From: Patescibacteria group bacterium
Lineage (GTDB): Bacteria; Patescibacteriota; Patescibacteriia; CAIXNZ01
Assembly (NCBI GenBank): GCA_041651155.1
Contig: JBAZJU010000002.1
Location: forward strand, 89,852 to 153,851
Reading direction: 5' to 3'
DNA length: 64,000 nucleotides
Below the pieces are notes generated by a model. It did no database searches and was not told where the DNA came from. It saw only the letters and a list, made by a program, of their open reading frames with translations. The translations under genes and the position numbers were made by a program. Below, piece by piece: positions 1 through 10,315 of this stretch (positions are counted from its first letter, which is position 1; each line of letters begins with the position of its first letter).

Positions 1-217
1 TGAAAAAATTGCTAAATATAATTCCTGGGATTTACGCGCAACACGTGAAGTTTTCCTTCGCTGGAACCAATTTATTAACATAAAGTGAAAATTTTTAATT
101 TATAATTATAAATTTTTAATCAATGACTAAATTTAAAAATTTTAAATAGTTGGATTTTAAGCATTTAAGAATTTAAAATTGATTTAGCCCTAAAAATTTA
201 GAATCTAGCCTTAAAAT

Positions 218-1117
218 ATGTTGTGGCTTTACATTACAATTGCAGCTTATTTGCTTTTTGCCCTGGCTAATATCGGAGATAAATTAGTTGTCAGCAAATT
301 TAAAACAGCGCCAATTGCTTATGCTTTTTATGTCGGAATTTTGGGCGTCGTTGCTGTTATATTATTACCCTTTGGAGTAAAATGGATTAATTTTAATTTG
401 CTGGTGATTTCTTTTTTCGCAGGCGTAGCCTTTATTATGGCTGCTTTTTTTATGTATAAGGCCTTGGCCCAGGGCGAAGCCAGCAGAGCCATTACTTTAC
501 TGGGCAGTTCCAGCCCTATTTTTACTTTTTTGCTCTCAGCTGGAATTTTGCAGGAAAAATTGAATGATGAAGAATTAATATCATTTGGCATTTTAGTTTT
601 GGCAATTATTTTGCTTTCCCAGCATAAGCCAGATGGCAAAAAAACCAAGATTCACTGGGAATTAATTATCTGGGCTTTATTAGCAGGATTGTTTTTTTCC
701 ATTAATTATGTTTTGACCAAATTCTTATTTTACCAAGAAACTTTCGTGACTGTTTTTTTCTGGACCAGAATTGGCGGGGTTTTAACGGCTCTCTTTATTT
801 TCGGCTTAGCTAAAACCAGGAAAATAATTAAAAAAGATTGGCAGAGGCCAAAAAAGCAAAAAGGACTTTTAGTTTTTGGCATTCAGCTGGTCGGTGGCTT
901 GGGCGTAATTTTTCAAAGCTATGCCTTGAATTTAGCCAGCGCAACGTTGGTTAATGCCTTGCAGGCTATTCAGTATGCCTTGGTTTTTATCATGGCAATT
1001 TTTTTAGGCAAAAAAATTCCCGAGCTAAAAGAAAATTTAGCCAAGCGGGAAATTATTATAAAAATTATCGCGATTATATTGGTGGCTATCGGCTTATATA
1101 TATTAACCTCACAATAA
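218..1117 (+). CDS. Polytopic membrane protein, EamA/DMT-superfamily-like transporter
   Basis: 299 aa with about 10 predicted TM helices in a two-halves layout; no diagnostic catalytic motif recognised. Confidence 0.4.
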   Translation: MLWLYITIAAYLLFALANIGDKLVVSKFKTAPIAYAFYVGILGVVAVILLPFGVKWINFNLLVISFFAGVAFIMAAFFMYKALAQGEASRAITLLGSSSPIFTFLLSAGILQEKLNDEELISFGILVLAIILLSQHKPDGKKTKIHWELIIWALLAGLFFSINYVLTKFLFYQETFVTVFFWTRIGGVLTALFIFGLAKTRKIIKKDWQRPKKQKGLLVFGIQLVGGLGVIFQSYALNLASATLVNALQAIQYALVFIMAIFLGKKIPELKENLAKREIIIKIIAIILVAIGLYILTSQ

Positions 1118-1120
1118 TAT

Positions 1121-2119
1121 ATGAAATCTAAAAAGCCAATTTTATTTATGATTATTTTTATTTTCGCCATTCTGATTGTAGGGCTTATCTTTTGGGCCAA
1201 AGAAAGCTATAACCCCAATAAAAAAATTATTTATGGCGTAACTTTTACCAAAAGCTTTGCCAAATATCTGGATTTGGATTGGCGTGAGGTGTATAAAGAG
1301 ACCTTAGATGACTTGCAGGTCAGATATTTGAGGATCCCTGTTTTTTGGGATGAAATTGAGCCTGAAAGAAATCTTTATAATTTTACTGATATTGATTGGC
1401 AGGTTGCTGAAGCTGAAAAACGCGATGCTCATTTAATTTTAGTTTTAGGCCGCAGGCAGCCACGCTGGCCAGAATGCCATGATCCAGCCTGGGTGGAAGG
1501 GCTGCCTTACGCTGAAGTCAGGGCAAAGATTTTAAATAATATTAAATTAGTGGTAACCCGCTATAAAAACAGCCATGCTGTAGAAATTTGGCAGGTTGAG
1601 AATGAACCTTTTTTAGATTTTTTTGGCCAATGTTCAAAGATGTCCAAAAAGGAACTGCAAGAAGAAATTGATTTAGTAAAATCTTTAGATAAACGCAAGG
1701 TTTTAATTACTGATTCAGGAGAGCTCAGCACTTGGTATCCCAGCATAAAAATGGGTGATATGTTCGGCACTAGTATATATCGAGTAACCTATAATAAATA
1801 CATTGGCTATTGGCGTTATTGGTTTGTGCCAGCATCTTTTTATCGCTTGAAGGCTTTAATTTACTCCAAACCTTTAGATGCGGTAATTATTTCTGAATTA
1901 CAAGCTGAACCATGGTTTTCTTCTGGACCCAAAGGAAGTCCATTGTCTGAGCAATATAAAACCATGAACGCAGACCAATTAATAAAAAACGCGGATTATG
2001 CCAATCAGACAAATTTTTACCGCGCATACTTTTGGGGAGTGGAGTGGTGGTATTGGTTGAAAACAGTTGAAAAAGACAATTCTGTTTGGGAAGCGGCAAG
2101 CAAATATTTTAAAAGTTAA
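1121..2119 (+). CDS. Membrane-anchored putative glycoside hydrolase (clan GH-A-like TIM barrel)
   Basis: N-terminal TM anchor; WQVENEPF contains the NEP acid/base motif typical of GH5/GH-A families; strong RBS and ATG. Confidence 0.35.
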   Translation: MKSKKPILFMIIFIFAILIVGLIFWAKESYNPNKKIIYGVTFTKSFAKYLDLDWREVYKETLDDLQVRYLRIPVFWDEIEPERNLYNFTDIDWQVAEAEKRDAHLILVLGRRQPRWPECHDPAWVEGLPYAEVRAKILNNIKLVVTRYKNSHAVEIWQVENEPFLDFFGQCSKMSKKELQEEIDLVKSLDKRKVLITDSGELSTWYPSIKMGDMFGTSIYRVTYNKYIGYWRYWFVPASFYRLKALIYSKPLDAVIISELQAEPWFSSGPKGSPLSEQYKTMNADQLIKNADYANQTNFYRAYFWGVEWWYWLKTVEKDNSVWEAASKYFKS

Positions 2120-2121
2120 CC

Positions 2122-3273
2122 ATGAAAAAATCTTTAAAAATCGGATTTTTTACTGACACTTATTTGCCTCAGGTGAATGGCGTTGTTACCTCAATTGAAA
2201 GTTTTCGCCAGGAGCTAGAAAAACAAGGCCATCAGGTCTATATTTTTTGTCCCAGGGCTGACCATAAAAAAGATGACAAAAGTATAATCCGTTTCCCTTC
2301 TATAAAATTCGTTTTCCAGCCAGAATACCATGTTTCCTTGCCCTTTACCAGGCACTTATTGCGGGATTTTTGGGAAAAAGAATTAGATATTGTCCATGCT
2401 CACACGCCATTTAGCCTGGGTCTTTTAGGCTATTATTACTCATATATTAAGAAAGTTCCCTTTGTCTATACCTATCACACTCTTTATCCTGAATATGTAA
2501 AATCGTATGTGTGGAACGGCAGATTAATAACTCCTAAGATGGTTGCAAAAATTACGGCCATGTTTTCTAACAGATGCGATTTAAATATTGCCCCTTCGGG
2601 AAAGATAAAAAAACTTTTAAAAAGTTATGGCGTAAAAAAACCAATTACAGTATTGCCCACGGGAATTAAGGTTGAAAAATTCAGTAAAAGAGCCAGGCCA
2701 AATAATTTTAGAAGCAAATATAAAATTAAGCCTGAGGAAAAAGTTTTGCTTTATGTCGGACGGCTAGGGCAAGAAAAAAATATTGAATTTTTGCTTAAAG
2801 CATTTTTTGTATTAAAGCAAAGCCAGCAGAAAATTAAATTAATACTTGTCGGCGACGGCCCTGCTAAAAAGAATTTACAAAAGTTAGTTAAAGATCATGG
2901 CTTGGGTAAAGACGTTATCTTTACGAGTTATTTATCTCAAACAGAAGTAATTAGAGCGAATCAGTCAGCAGATTTATTTATTTTTGCTTCTAAAACTGAT
3001 ACTCAGGGTTTAGTTCTATTAGAAGCAGCTGCCAGCGGCTTGCCTATAGTCGCAGTGAAAGACGATGCCTTTGTTAAAATCTTAGAAGACAAGGTAAATG
3101 GATATATAGTAAAACAAAATGTGGCGGAATTTAATAAAAGAATATTGCAAATTTTAGATAACAAAAAATTATATCAGAGGTTATCCAAAAAATCAGCAGA
3201 GATTGCCGAGAATTTCAGTATTGAAAAGCAGACAGCTGAATTAATCCAAGCTTATCGTAAATTATTACACTAA
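2122..3273 (+). CDS. Glycosyltransferase family 4 (GT-B fold)
   Basis: EAAASGLPIVA motif and GT4-like N-terminal sugar-acceptor domain. Confidence 0.7.
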   Translation: MKKSLKIGFFTDTYLPQVNGVVTSIESFRQELEKQGHQVYIFCPRADHKKDDKSIIRFPSIKFVFQPEYHVSLPFTRHLLRDFWEKELDIVHAHTPFSLGLLGYYYSYIKKVPFVYTYHTLYPEYVKSYVWNGRLITPKMVAKITAMFSNRCDLNIAPSGKIKKLLKSYGVKKPITVLPTGIKVEKFSKRARPNNFRSKYKIKPEEKVLLYVGRLGQEKNIEFLLKAFFVLKQSQQKIKLILVGDGPAKKNLQKLVKDHGLGKDVIFTSYLSQTEVIRANQSADLFIFASKTDTQGLVLLEAAASGLPIVAVKDDAFVKILEDKVNGYIVKQNVAEFNKRILQILDNKKLYQRLSKKSAEIAENFSIEKQTAELIQAYRKLLH

Positions 3274-3283
3274 GAAAATAAAA

Positions 3284-3318
3284 AAGCGCCCTGCCCAAAA
3301 GCCGGGAGCTTTTTTATT
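3284..3318. terminator. Bidirectional intrinsic terminator between convergent GT4 and PBP1A genes
   Basis: agcgccctgcccaaaagccgggagct stem-loop flanked by A-run on one side and T-run on the other. Confidence 0.45.
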
Positions 3319-3323
3319 TTAAT

Positions 3324-6221
3324 CTAATCTAAGATATTTAATTTTAAGCTGCTAGAATTGGCATTAGCGCCGCTCTTTGTTGAGATTTGCGCATAAATCT
3401 CGTAAGAACCCGTGGCTGGCGTATTTGTCCAGGTGAAGTTCATCTGCTCAGAGGAAACTTGCATGATGGTAGAGATTTTTTGTTCCGGCGCATTAAAGCT
3501 GCGGGCAAAGAAAGTCAGACCGGAGACCTCTGTTGATTTAGTAAGGATAAAATTAAAATTTAAAGGAAAGTTTGATTTGTAAAAATTGGAATTGTCCCTG
3601 GGGTTTAGCCAGTTGATTTGCGGCATAGCAGGCGGCAGTTTCAGGTTAACTGTGATCTGGACAGAAGTTGAATTATCAATATCATCATAAGCTGTGACTT
3701 TCAGCTGGTGATAGCCATTTTCAGCTTCAAGGGAATTAACATCTATATTATACGGGGAAGAAGTGGCTGTGCCAACTATATTATCATCAATTGCATAAAC
3801 AACTCGGCTAATGCCTCGCAACGCGCTAGCCTGGACTTGAAATTTAACCGGATAAGATTCTAAAGTTTGTTTATCCTGAGGATTAATAAGCGTCAAGGTT
3901 GGTTGGTTTTGAGGCACATGCAGATCATCAAATTCAGTCGGAGCTTGTTCATTGCTTATTTCAATGCCAGAATCCTTAGCTGTTTTTTCTACCCATTTAT
4001 TAACGCCATCTTCCCAGGCCTGGAACATTGGGTCAGCAGCTGGATTTTCTGGAGGAGGGCCAGTCGGATTATCTTTATTTATGTAATATAAAATATCATG
4101 ATTTTGATTAAACTTCTTTTTTATCCTGAAAGATTCAGGTGTTAAAGGTGTGGCTAATTTGCCTGAGGCTTTGTCTATTTCAACTTCCATATCAGAAGGA
4201 GATTGGCCGCGCAAAATCGGAGGCAAGGTCTCAGCAAGTGGCTCAGGAGCTTTAAACCCTTCAACAGGCGTGCCGTTTAAGGTTTTTTGCATATATTCAT
4301 GCCAAATTGGCGCGGCGACATTAACCCCATCTGCGTTGCCTTTCATGTCCGTACCATCGCTATTGCCAGCCCAGACTCCAGTCACAATAGAAGGAGTAAA
4401 GCCAATTGTCCAGCCATCATTATTATCATTGGTAGTGCCTGTTTTAGCTGCGACAGGCCTGTCAGATAAAGTTAAATTTGGCGCTGCGCCAAAAATAAAA
4501 GCGCGAGCGCTTGGGTCAGTTAAAATATTGTTAACCTGGCGCACTGCATTTTCTGACAAAACTTTGTGCTTTTTTTCTTTAAATTCATCCAGCACATTGC
4601 CGTTTTTATCTTCAACTTTCAAGATCGCTTGGACTTCAGCTCTTTCGCCATCGCGAGCAAGGGCTGTATAAGCGCCGACATGGTCAATTAATTTAACTTC
4701 ACAGCCGCCCAAGACTAAGGCCAGGCCGCATTGACTTTTGTCGGTAATTGTGGAATAACCCAGATTTTGCAAAAGCTTTTTGACATTATCATAGCCGGCC
4801 AAATAAAGAGTTTTAACAGCAGGAATATTTAAAGAGCCGGCCAGAGCTGATTTCATCGTAATCGGCCCTCTTTCTTTGAAGTCATAATCATGCGGCTCAT
4901 AAACTATTGGCGAGGTGGCGAAGATCGTGCTTACATCATACAAAATTGTTTCAGGGGTAAAGCCTTTTTCAAAAGCAGCGGCATAAACTATAGGTTTGAT
5001 TGAAGAGCCGGGCTGACGCGGTGAAATGGCGACATTAACTTGTCCTGAGATTTTGTCATCAGTAAAATCCTGAGAACCAACCATGGCTAGAATTTCGCCT
5101 GTTTTAGCATCAACTGAAACTAAAGCAGCATTGGAAGCATTATATTTTTTTAAATTATTATCTTTGGCATTATGGACTGCGTCTTCGGCAATTTTTTGCT
5201 TATCCATATCTAAGGTAGTAATGACTTTTAAACCGCCTTGTTCAATGGCCTTATCGCCTAATTTTTCCGCTAATAATTCTTTGACATAAAAAACAAAATG
5301 CGGTGCAGTAATGCCAGCCACAGCCTCTTTTTTAAATTCTAATTTTTCTGCTTTGGCATCTCCAGCTTCATCTTTGGTGATGTAACCGTTTTTTGCCATT
5401 TCATCCAAAATCCAATGCTGGCGCCAATATAAATCATCAGTATGCGAGCCATAAGGGGAGAGCCTGGTCGGCGCTTGGGGAATAGCGGCTAAAATAGCAG
5501 CCTCGCCCAAAGTTACGTCTTTGGCTTTTTTGCCGAAGAAATAATTGGCAGCTGACTCAACCCCATAATTAACAGACCCATAAGGGATTTCATTGAAATA
5601 CATTTTTAAAATTTGATCCTTGGTATATTTTTTTTCAATCTGGTAGGACAAAATCCATTCTTTTATTTTTCTGGGAATCGTTCTTTCGTTTGTTAAAATT
5701 GCGTTTTTTACCAATTGCTGAGTTAAGGTGGAGCCGCCACGAATCCCTTTCCCTCTTAAAGGATCAATAATAACTGATTCAATAATTGAAAAGAAATTTA
5801 TGCCATGATGTTCATAAAAGTACTTGTCTTCAGCGGAAATAGTCGCCCATTTAACATAATTAGAAATCTGATCCAGCTCTACAATTGTCCTTTTTTCATC
5901 ACCATGAATATCAAAAAGCAAGGTTTCACCTTTGCGGTCATAGATTTTGGTTGATTCAGAGACAACCCGGTCAATTAATTTATCTGGATTTGGCAAGTCA
6001 TGTGAAAACCAGGCGATGGCAGCCACAGAAAAGATCCCAAAAAGCAAAACCAAAATAATGCCTAAAATAATAAGTTTGCCAATTAGTTTTTTGGCTGAAA
6101 CTTTGTGTTTTTTAGGCTGATTATTATTGGCAGCTGCAAATTCATGGCTGCGATGGACCAGTCGGCGTTTTTTATGTCTTTGCCATTCTTTCGGTGATCT
6201 TGTTAATTGAGGGATGGGCAT
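3324..6221 (-). CDS. Class A penicillin-binding protein 1A (GT51 transglycosylase plus transpeptidase) with long C-terminal Ig-like extension
   Basis: GGSTLTQQ transglycosylase motif; SIKP (SxxK) and KTGTT (KTG) transpeptidase motifs; N-terminal TM anchor. ORF track extends to 6305 from a TTG; ATG at 6221 (MPIPQL) is the likely start. Confidence 0.85.
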   Translation of the reverse strand: MPIPQLTRSPKEWQRHKKRRLVHRSHEFAAANNNQPKKHKVSAKKLIGKLIILGIILVLLFGIFSVAAIAWFSHDLPNPDKLIDRVVSESTKIYDRKGETLLFDIHGDEKRTIVELDQISNYVKWATISAEDKYFYEHHGINFFSIIESVIIDPLRGKGIRGGSTLTQQLVKNAILTNERTIPRKIKEWILSYQIEKKYTKDQILKMYFNEIPYGSVNYGVESAANYFFGKKAKDVTLGEAAILAAIPQAPTRLSPYGSHTDDLYWRQHWILDEMAKNGYITKDEAGDAKAEKLEFKKEAVAGITAPHFVFYVKELLAEKLGDKAIEQGGLKVITTLDMDKQKIAEDAVHNAKDNNLKKYNASNAALVSVDAKTGEILAMVGSQDFTDDKISGQVNVAISPRQPGSSIKPIVYAAAFEKGFTPETILYDVSTIFATSPIVYEPHDYDFKERGPITMKSALAGSLNIPAVKTLYLAGYDNVKKLLQNLGYSTITDKSQCGLALVLGGCEVKLIDHVGAYTALARDGERAEVQAILKVEDKNGNVLDEFKEKKHKVLSENAVRQVNNILTDPSARAFIFGAAPNLTLSDRPVAAKTGTTNDNNDGWTIGFTPSIVTGVWAGNSDGTDMKGNADGVNVAAPIWHEYMQKTLNGTPVEGFKAPEPLAETLPPILRGQSPSDMEVEIDKASGKLATPLTPESFRIKKKFNQNHDILYYINKDNPTGPPPENPAADPMFQAWEDGVNKWVEKTAKDSGIEISNEQAPTEFDDLHVPQNQPTLTLINPQDKQTLESYPVKFQVQASALRGISRVVYAIDDNIVGTATSSPYNIDVNSLEAENGYHQLKVTAYDDIDNSTSVQITVNLKLPPAMPQINWLNPRDNSNFYKSNFPLNFNFILTKSTEVSGLTFFARSFNAPEQKISTIMQVSSEQMNFTWTNTPATGSYEIYAQISTKSGANANSSSLKLNILD

Positions 6222-6476
6222 ATGGATTAAATTACAAATATCAAATTCCAAATAACAAACCTGCGTTTGCCGTAGCAAACTACGGTTTGCGAAGGCAAAA
6301 AACAAAAAAATTGGAAATTATTTAATTAAAAATGCTCGTCTCGGCTTTGTATTAATCTATTGAGTTTTTATTTTTTTAATCCGAGCCGAAGTCTGTCTTG
6401 GCCAAGGCCAGGCCGGACAAAATTCAAAATTATTTAATATATAGAGTATAGCTGATTTTTTTAGTTTTTTCAAGGA

Positions 6477-6980
6477 TTAGAGGTCTATTTGGCTGAGAAG
6501 TTTTTTTGACTGCAAATAGGTCAGGGCAATAGCCAGAGCATCAGCCGCATCATCTGGCTTAGGTATTTGCTTTAAGTTTAGCAAAATTTTAACCATGGCC
6601 TGAACTTGGCGTTTGTCTGCTTTGCCATAACCGCAAACTGACTGTTTAACCTGCAAGGGCGTAAATTCATAGAGGGGGAGTTTGTTTAATATCGCTGTGA
6701 GCAGGATTACTCCACGCGCTTGGCCAACTTGCAAGGCAGTCTTTACATTTTTACAAAAAAATAATTGCTCAACAGCAATTACATCTGGCCTGTACTTTTT
6801 GATCAATTTATTTAAGGATTGATGAATATATTTTAATCTTTCTGGGAATTTTTGTCTGGGCGAGGTTGAAATAATGCCAAAATCAAGAATTTGATTATTT
6901 TTGCCTGTTTCCTTAATAAAAGCAAACCCAGTAGTTGCTACCCCTGGATCAACACCTAGAATTATTATTTCATTGGGCAT
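6477..6980 (-). CDS. ruvC: Holliday junction resolvase RuvC
   Basis: N-terminus IILGVDPGVATTGFAFI is typical RuvC; length 167 aa. Confidence 0.85.
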   Translation of the reverse strand: MPNEIIILGVDPGVATTGFAFIKETGKNNQILDFGIISTSPRQKFPERLKYIHQSLNKLIKKYRPDVIAVEQLFFCKNVKTALQVGQARGVILLTAILNKLPLYEFTPLQVKQSVCGYGKADKRQVQAMVKILLNLKQIPKPDDAADALAIALTYLQSKKLLSQIDL

Positions 6981-6981
6981 T

Positions 6982-7710
6982 TTATTCTTTTAAATTTGTG
7001 TAATAATTATCAACATCATCATTGTCATCAAAAGCTTCAAATAATTTTTGATTTTTTTCCTGCAGTTCGGCTGAAACAGTAATTTTTTCCCTGGGCACAA
7101 ATTCAATTTCAGCATAATCACTACTTAAGCCCAGATCTTTTAATTTACCAAAGACTTTCTGCAAATCTTCAACTTTGGTAAAAATAGTCAGGCCGTCTTC
7201 ACTGGTCGCAATATCTTGCGCGCCAGCATCAATGATTTGCAATTCTAATTCATCTAGATTTTTATTGCTTAATTGCGCTTGCTCTATTCTAATTACGCCT
7301 TTTTGCTCAAATTGCCACATGACTGAATTAGGGTTGCCTAAAGTGCCGCCATTGGCTGAAAATAAATGCTTCATATCAGAAGCAGTGCGGTTTTTATTAT
7401 CTGACAAGCATTTGATTATCAGAGCAGTGCCTCCTGGACCAAAGCCTTCATAAGTTAATTCTTCTATTTTTTCTCCTTTGATTTCGCCAGTGCCTTTTTT
7501 AATCGCGCGTTCAATATTTTCTTTGGGCACATTGGCTGCTCTGGCTTTTTCAATAGCCAGACGCAAAGAAAAATTGGAGTCTGGATCACCACCTTTTTCT
7601 CGGGCAGTCACTGTGACAGCCTTGGTTAGTTTGGTAAACAAATTAGCACGTTTAGCATCTTGCGCGCCTTTTGTTCTTTTGATATTTGCCCATTTAGAAT
7701 GCCCGCTCAT
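6982..7710 (-). CDS. yebC: YebC/PmpR family DNA-binding transcriptional regulator
   Basis: MSGHSKWANIKRTKGAQDAKR N-terminus diagnostic of YebC family; classic adjacency to ruvC. Confidence 0.85.
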   Translation of the reverse strand: MSGHSKWANIKRTKGAQDAKRANLFTKLTKAVTVTAREKGGDPDSNFSLRLAIEKARAANVPKENIERAIKKGTGEIKGEKIEELTYEGFGPGGTALIIKCLSDNKNRTASDMKHLFSANGGTLGNPNSVMWQFEQKGVIRIEQAQLSNKNLDELELQIIDAGAQDIATSEDGLTIFTKVEDLQKVFGKLKDLGLSSDYAEIEFVPREKITVSAELQEKNQKLFEAFDDNDDVDNYYTNLKE

Positions 7711-8013
7711 ATGTTAGATTTTTAGATTATAGATTTATAGATAATTATACTAATAAGTATTTAAATTTTAGCAAATTTAGGCAGGAATTTCAAGTTTAGG
7801 AAATTTTTATCATAATTCTGATTTGGAAAAATTGATATCCACAGATTGCCCCAAAAGCACTTGCTAAAAATAAAATAGCTGTTATACTAAAAGTAATAAA
7901 GGAGCAAAGGAGGCGTTTTCTAACTTTATAAAATTATTGCTATATGTTTAAAATACCCTGTTTGATTATTTTGCAGCCATGCTTAGTAAAATAATCAGCA
8001 GGGTTTTTATATT

Positions 8014-8640
8014 ATGATAATTTTCATATTTCTATTTATTTTTTTAATTGCGGCCGCCATTATCTTGTTGTTTTTGGGCTATAATTATGTTGCGCTGGCG
8101 CTTAGTATTATTATAATCTGCCTGTTATACTTAGGCCTAATTTTTGTAATGATAGAATGCTATAGAGTCTTATTCGTGGGCAATGCGCCTTATGTGCCGA
8201 CCCGCAAAAAATTAATAAATAAAATTTTAGAAGCCGTTGATTTTAAGGAAAAAGCTTTGGTCTATGAATTAGGTTGCGGCAGCGCCAAGTTTTTACGCAG
8301 CTTGGCTAAAACTAAAGATATTCAGGCTATTGGTTATGAATATTTTATCATGCCCTACATTTTTGCCCGTTTATACTGTTTATTAGCAAATAGGAATGTA
8401 AAAATATATTATCAGGATTTTTTTAAGGCTGATTTGTCTCAGGCGGATTACATTTTTTGTTTTTTAATTGATAAGGAAATGGCTCGTTTAGAGGGGAAGC
8501 TGATCGCAGAATTAAAGCCGGGCGCTTTAGTTATTTCCAATACTTTTAAATTCACGAATTGGGAGCCGATTAAAATAGTTGCCCTGAACGAAAATAAAAA
8601 ATTAAGCTTAAATAACAGAGTTTTTATCTACCGGAAATAG
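8014..8640 (+). CDS. Membrane-anchored class I SAM-dependent methyltransferase
   Basis: Two N-terminal TM helices followed by VYELGCGSAKF (methyltransferase motif I, GxGxG). Confidence 0.45.
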   Translation: MIIFIFLFIFLIAAAIILLFLGYNYVALALSIIIICLLYLGLIFVMIECYRVLFVGNAPYVPTRKKLINKILEAVDFKEKALVYELGCGSAKFLRSLAKTKDIQAIGYEYFIMPYIFARLYCLLANRNVKIYYQDFFKADLSQADYIFCFLIDKEMARLEGKLIAELKPGALVISNTFKFTNWEPIKIVALNENKKLSLNNRVFIYRK

Positions 8641-8675
8641 TTTAAAAAAATGAGGGGATTTGTTATAATTCAAGC

Positions 8676-10310
8676 ATGAAGAATCTCCTGCATTTAGGCG
8701 TAAAGTTAAAAGAACTGATAATAAAAAATCAGTTTATTTTGTATCTAATGATTTTTTTTACGGCTTTTTTGGCCTATTTGTGGATTCAGTCTTCACCGAC
8801 TTTTTTAGACCCCGATTCATTTTACCATCTAAAAATGGCCAAGCTTATTGCCGAGCGTGGAGTGATTTTAGATTTTCCCTGGCTGCAGTTTACAGTGCTA
8901 AAGGATTATTACATTGACCATCATTTTCTCTATCATGTTGCAGCCATACCTTTTATTAAGGTTTTTGGAGATTTTGCCGGATTTAAATTGTATACTGTAA
9001 TTTTGGCTACACTGTTTATCTTTTTGTCTTACTGTTTCTTTAAAAAGGAAAAGCTTAAATATGCAGAGATTTATGCGCTGATAATGATTTTTACAGCTGA
9101 CTTTATGTTTAGGATTTCTTTGGCCAAAGCCAGCGCGTTTTCTTTAATCATCTTATTTGCAGGCATATATTTTATTTTTTATAAGAAATACTGGCTTTTA
9201 TTTTTGGGCGCTTATTTGTATGTTTTGTCATATGGAGGGTTTCCGCTTCTGGCGGTAATCACCCTAATTTACGTTTTTGCGCGTGCTTTTGATTTAACTT
9301 TTATTAATAAAATAAAATTCATAGAGCCGGCGCATGTTTCATTAATAAAAAAAGTATTTAAGAATTTCGCGGTTTTTTTAAAGAATATTCTCTCGTGGGA
9401 GAGTGCAAGAATTATAGCCGCCACCTTGAGCGGAATTTTTGTCGGTCTGATTTTAAATCCATATTTTCCCAAAAATCTGAATTTTTATTGGCAGCAGCTG
9501 GTGCAGATCGGGATTATTAATTTTCAAGGCGTGGTTAATGTGGGCGGAGAGTGGTATCCATATGAATTTTTAAAATTAATTTCTGATACAGGAGTTTTAT
9601 TCATCTTTGGGGTAGTAGCTTTTGTCCTATTTTTTATTTTTATTAAAAAGCAAAACGCCAAAAGCATTTTCTTTTTATTGGCAGCCTTATTTTTTTTATT
9701 TTTAACCCTGAAATCAAAGCGTTATATAGAATATTTTGTGCCATTTTTAGATTTTTTCGTGGCTTTTACCCTAGGGAATATTCTTGCCGAGGTTAAAGTC
9801 AAAGAATTTTTGCAGATTTTTAAAAAAGAAAATTATATAATCGGCTTGCTCTTACATTTTTGTTTGATTTATGCGGCTATTATTTTTCCCTTAATAATGA
9901 TGCGGGATGCATATCTGACCAGGCAGAGCTTTAAGGGCGGGATAGAATTCAGCCGATTCTCCGGCATTAGCAAGTATTTGCTGGCAAATTCTCAGCCAGG
10001 ACAAATTGTAATGCAGACTGACTGGGATGATTGGCCGATGTTATTTTATTATAATGATAAGGATTATTATATTGTTGGTCTGGATCCGACTTTTATGTAT
10101 AATTATGATCCGGTGTTATATAATTTATTCGCAGATATAACTACAACAAAAAAAGCAGATGATTTGTATCAGATAGTTAAAAATACTTTTAAAGCCAGCT
10201 ATTTTATAGTGGATAAAGATCGCTTTTGGCTAGTTCAAAATTTGCAAAATGATGGTAATTTTACCAAAGTCTATGAAGATAATGACGGTTCAATATATAA
10301 ATTGAAGTAA
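8676..10310 (+). CDS. GT-C-fold-like polytopic membrane protein, candidate polyprenol-phosphate-sugar dependent glycosyltransferase
   Basis: 544 aa, more than 10 TM helices, acidic first extracytoplasmic loop (LDPDSFYH), large C-terminal soluble domain; immediately upstream of a GT2 Dpm1-like gene. Confidence 0.4.
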   Translation: MKNLLHLGVKLKELIIKNQFILYLMIFFTAFLAYLWIQSSPTFLDPDSFYHLKMAKLIAERGVILDFPWLQFTVLKDYYIDHHFLYHVAAIPFIKVFGDFAGFKLYTVILATLFIFLSYCFFKKEKLKYAEIYALIMIFTADFMFRISLAKASAFSLIILFAGIYFIFYKKYWLLFLGAYLYVLSYGGFPLLAVITLIYVFARAFDLTFINKIKFIEPAHVSLIKKVFKNFAVFLKNILSWESARIIAATLSGIFVGLILNPYFPKNLNFYWQQLVQIGIINFQGVVNVGGEWYPYEFLKLISDTGVLFIFGVVAFVLFFIFIKKQNAKSIFFLLAALFFLFLTLKSKRYIEYFVPFLDFFVAFTLGNILAEVKVKEFLQIFKKENYIIGLLLHFCLIYAAIIFPLIMMRDAYLTRQSFKGGIEFSRFSGISKYLLANSQPGQIVMQTDWDDWPMLFYYNDKDYYIVGLDPTFMYNYDPVLYNLFADITTTKKADDLYQIVKNTFKASYFIVDKDRFWLVQNLQNDGNFTKVYEDNDGSIYKLK

Positions 10311-10315
10311 AGTTT

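Noticed and set aside
328-648. Antisense or overlapping ORFs inside confident genes (e.g. 328..648, 970..1200, 1561..1770, 3867..4091, 4150..4671, 7175..7453, 7478..7717, 18724..18930, 19138..19464, 20263..20643, 20363..20620, 21535..21780, 26706..26912, 42233..42484, 44130..44388, 56234..56497, 57158..57619, 58730..58975)
   Set aside because: They lie wholly within or opposite strongly supported genes, lack RBSs and have low-complexity composition: shadow ORFs.
6222-6305. N-terminal extensions in the ORF track (6305, 14654, 14815, 29986, 30294, 61681, 63582, 63989)
   Set aside because: They initiate at TTG/GTG or distant ATG without an RBS and read through palindromic repeats, leaders or tRNA sequence. 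Internal ATGs with SD or TM/signal logic are better starts.
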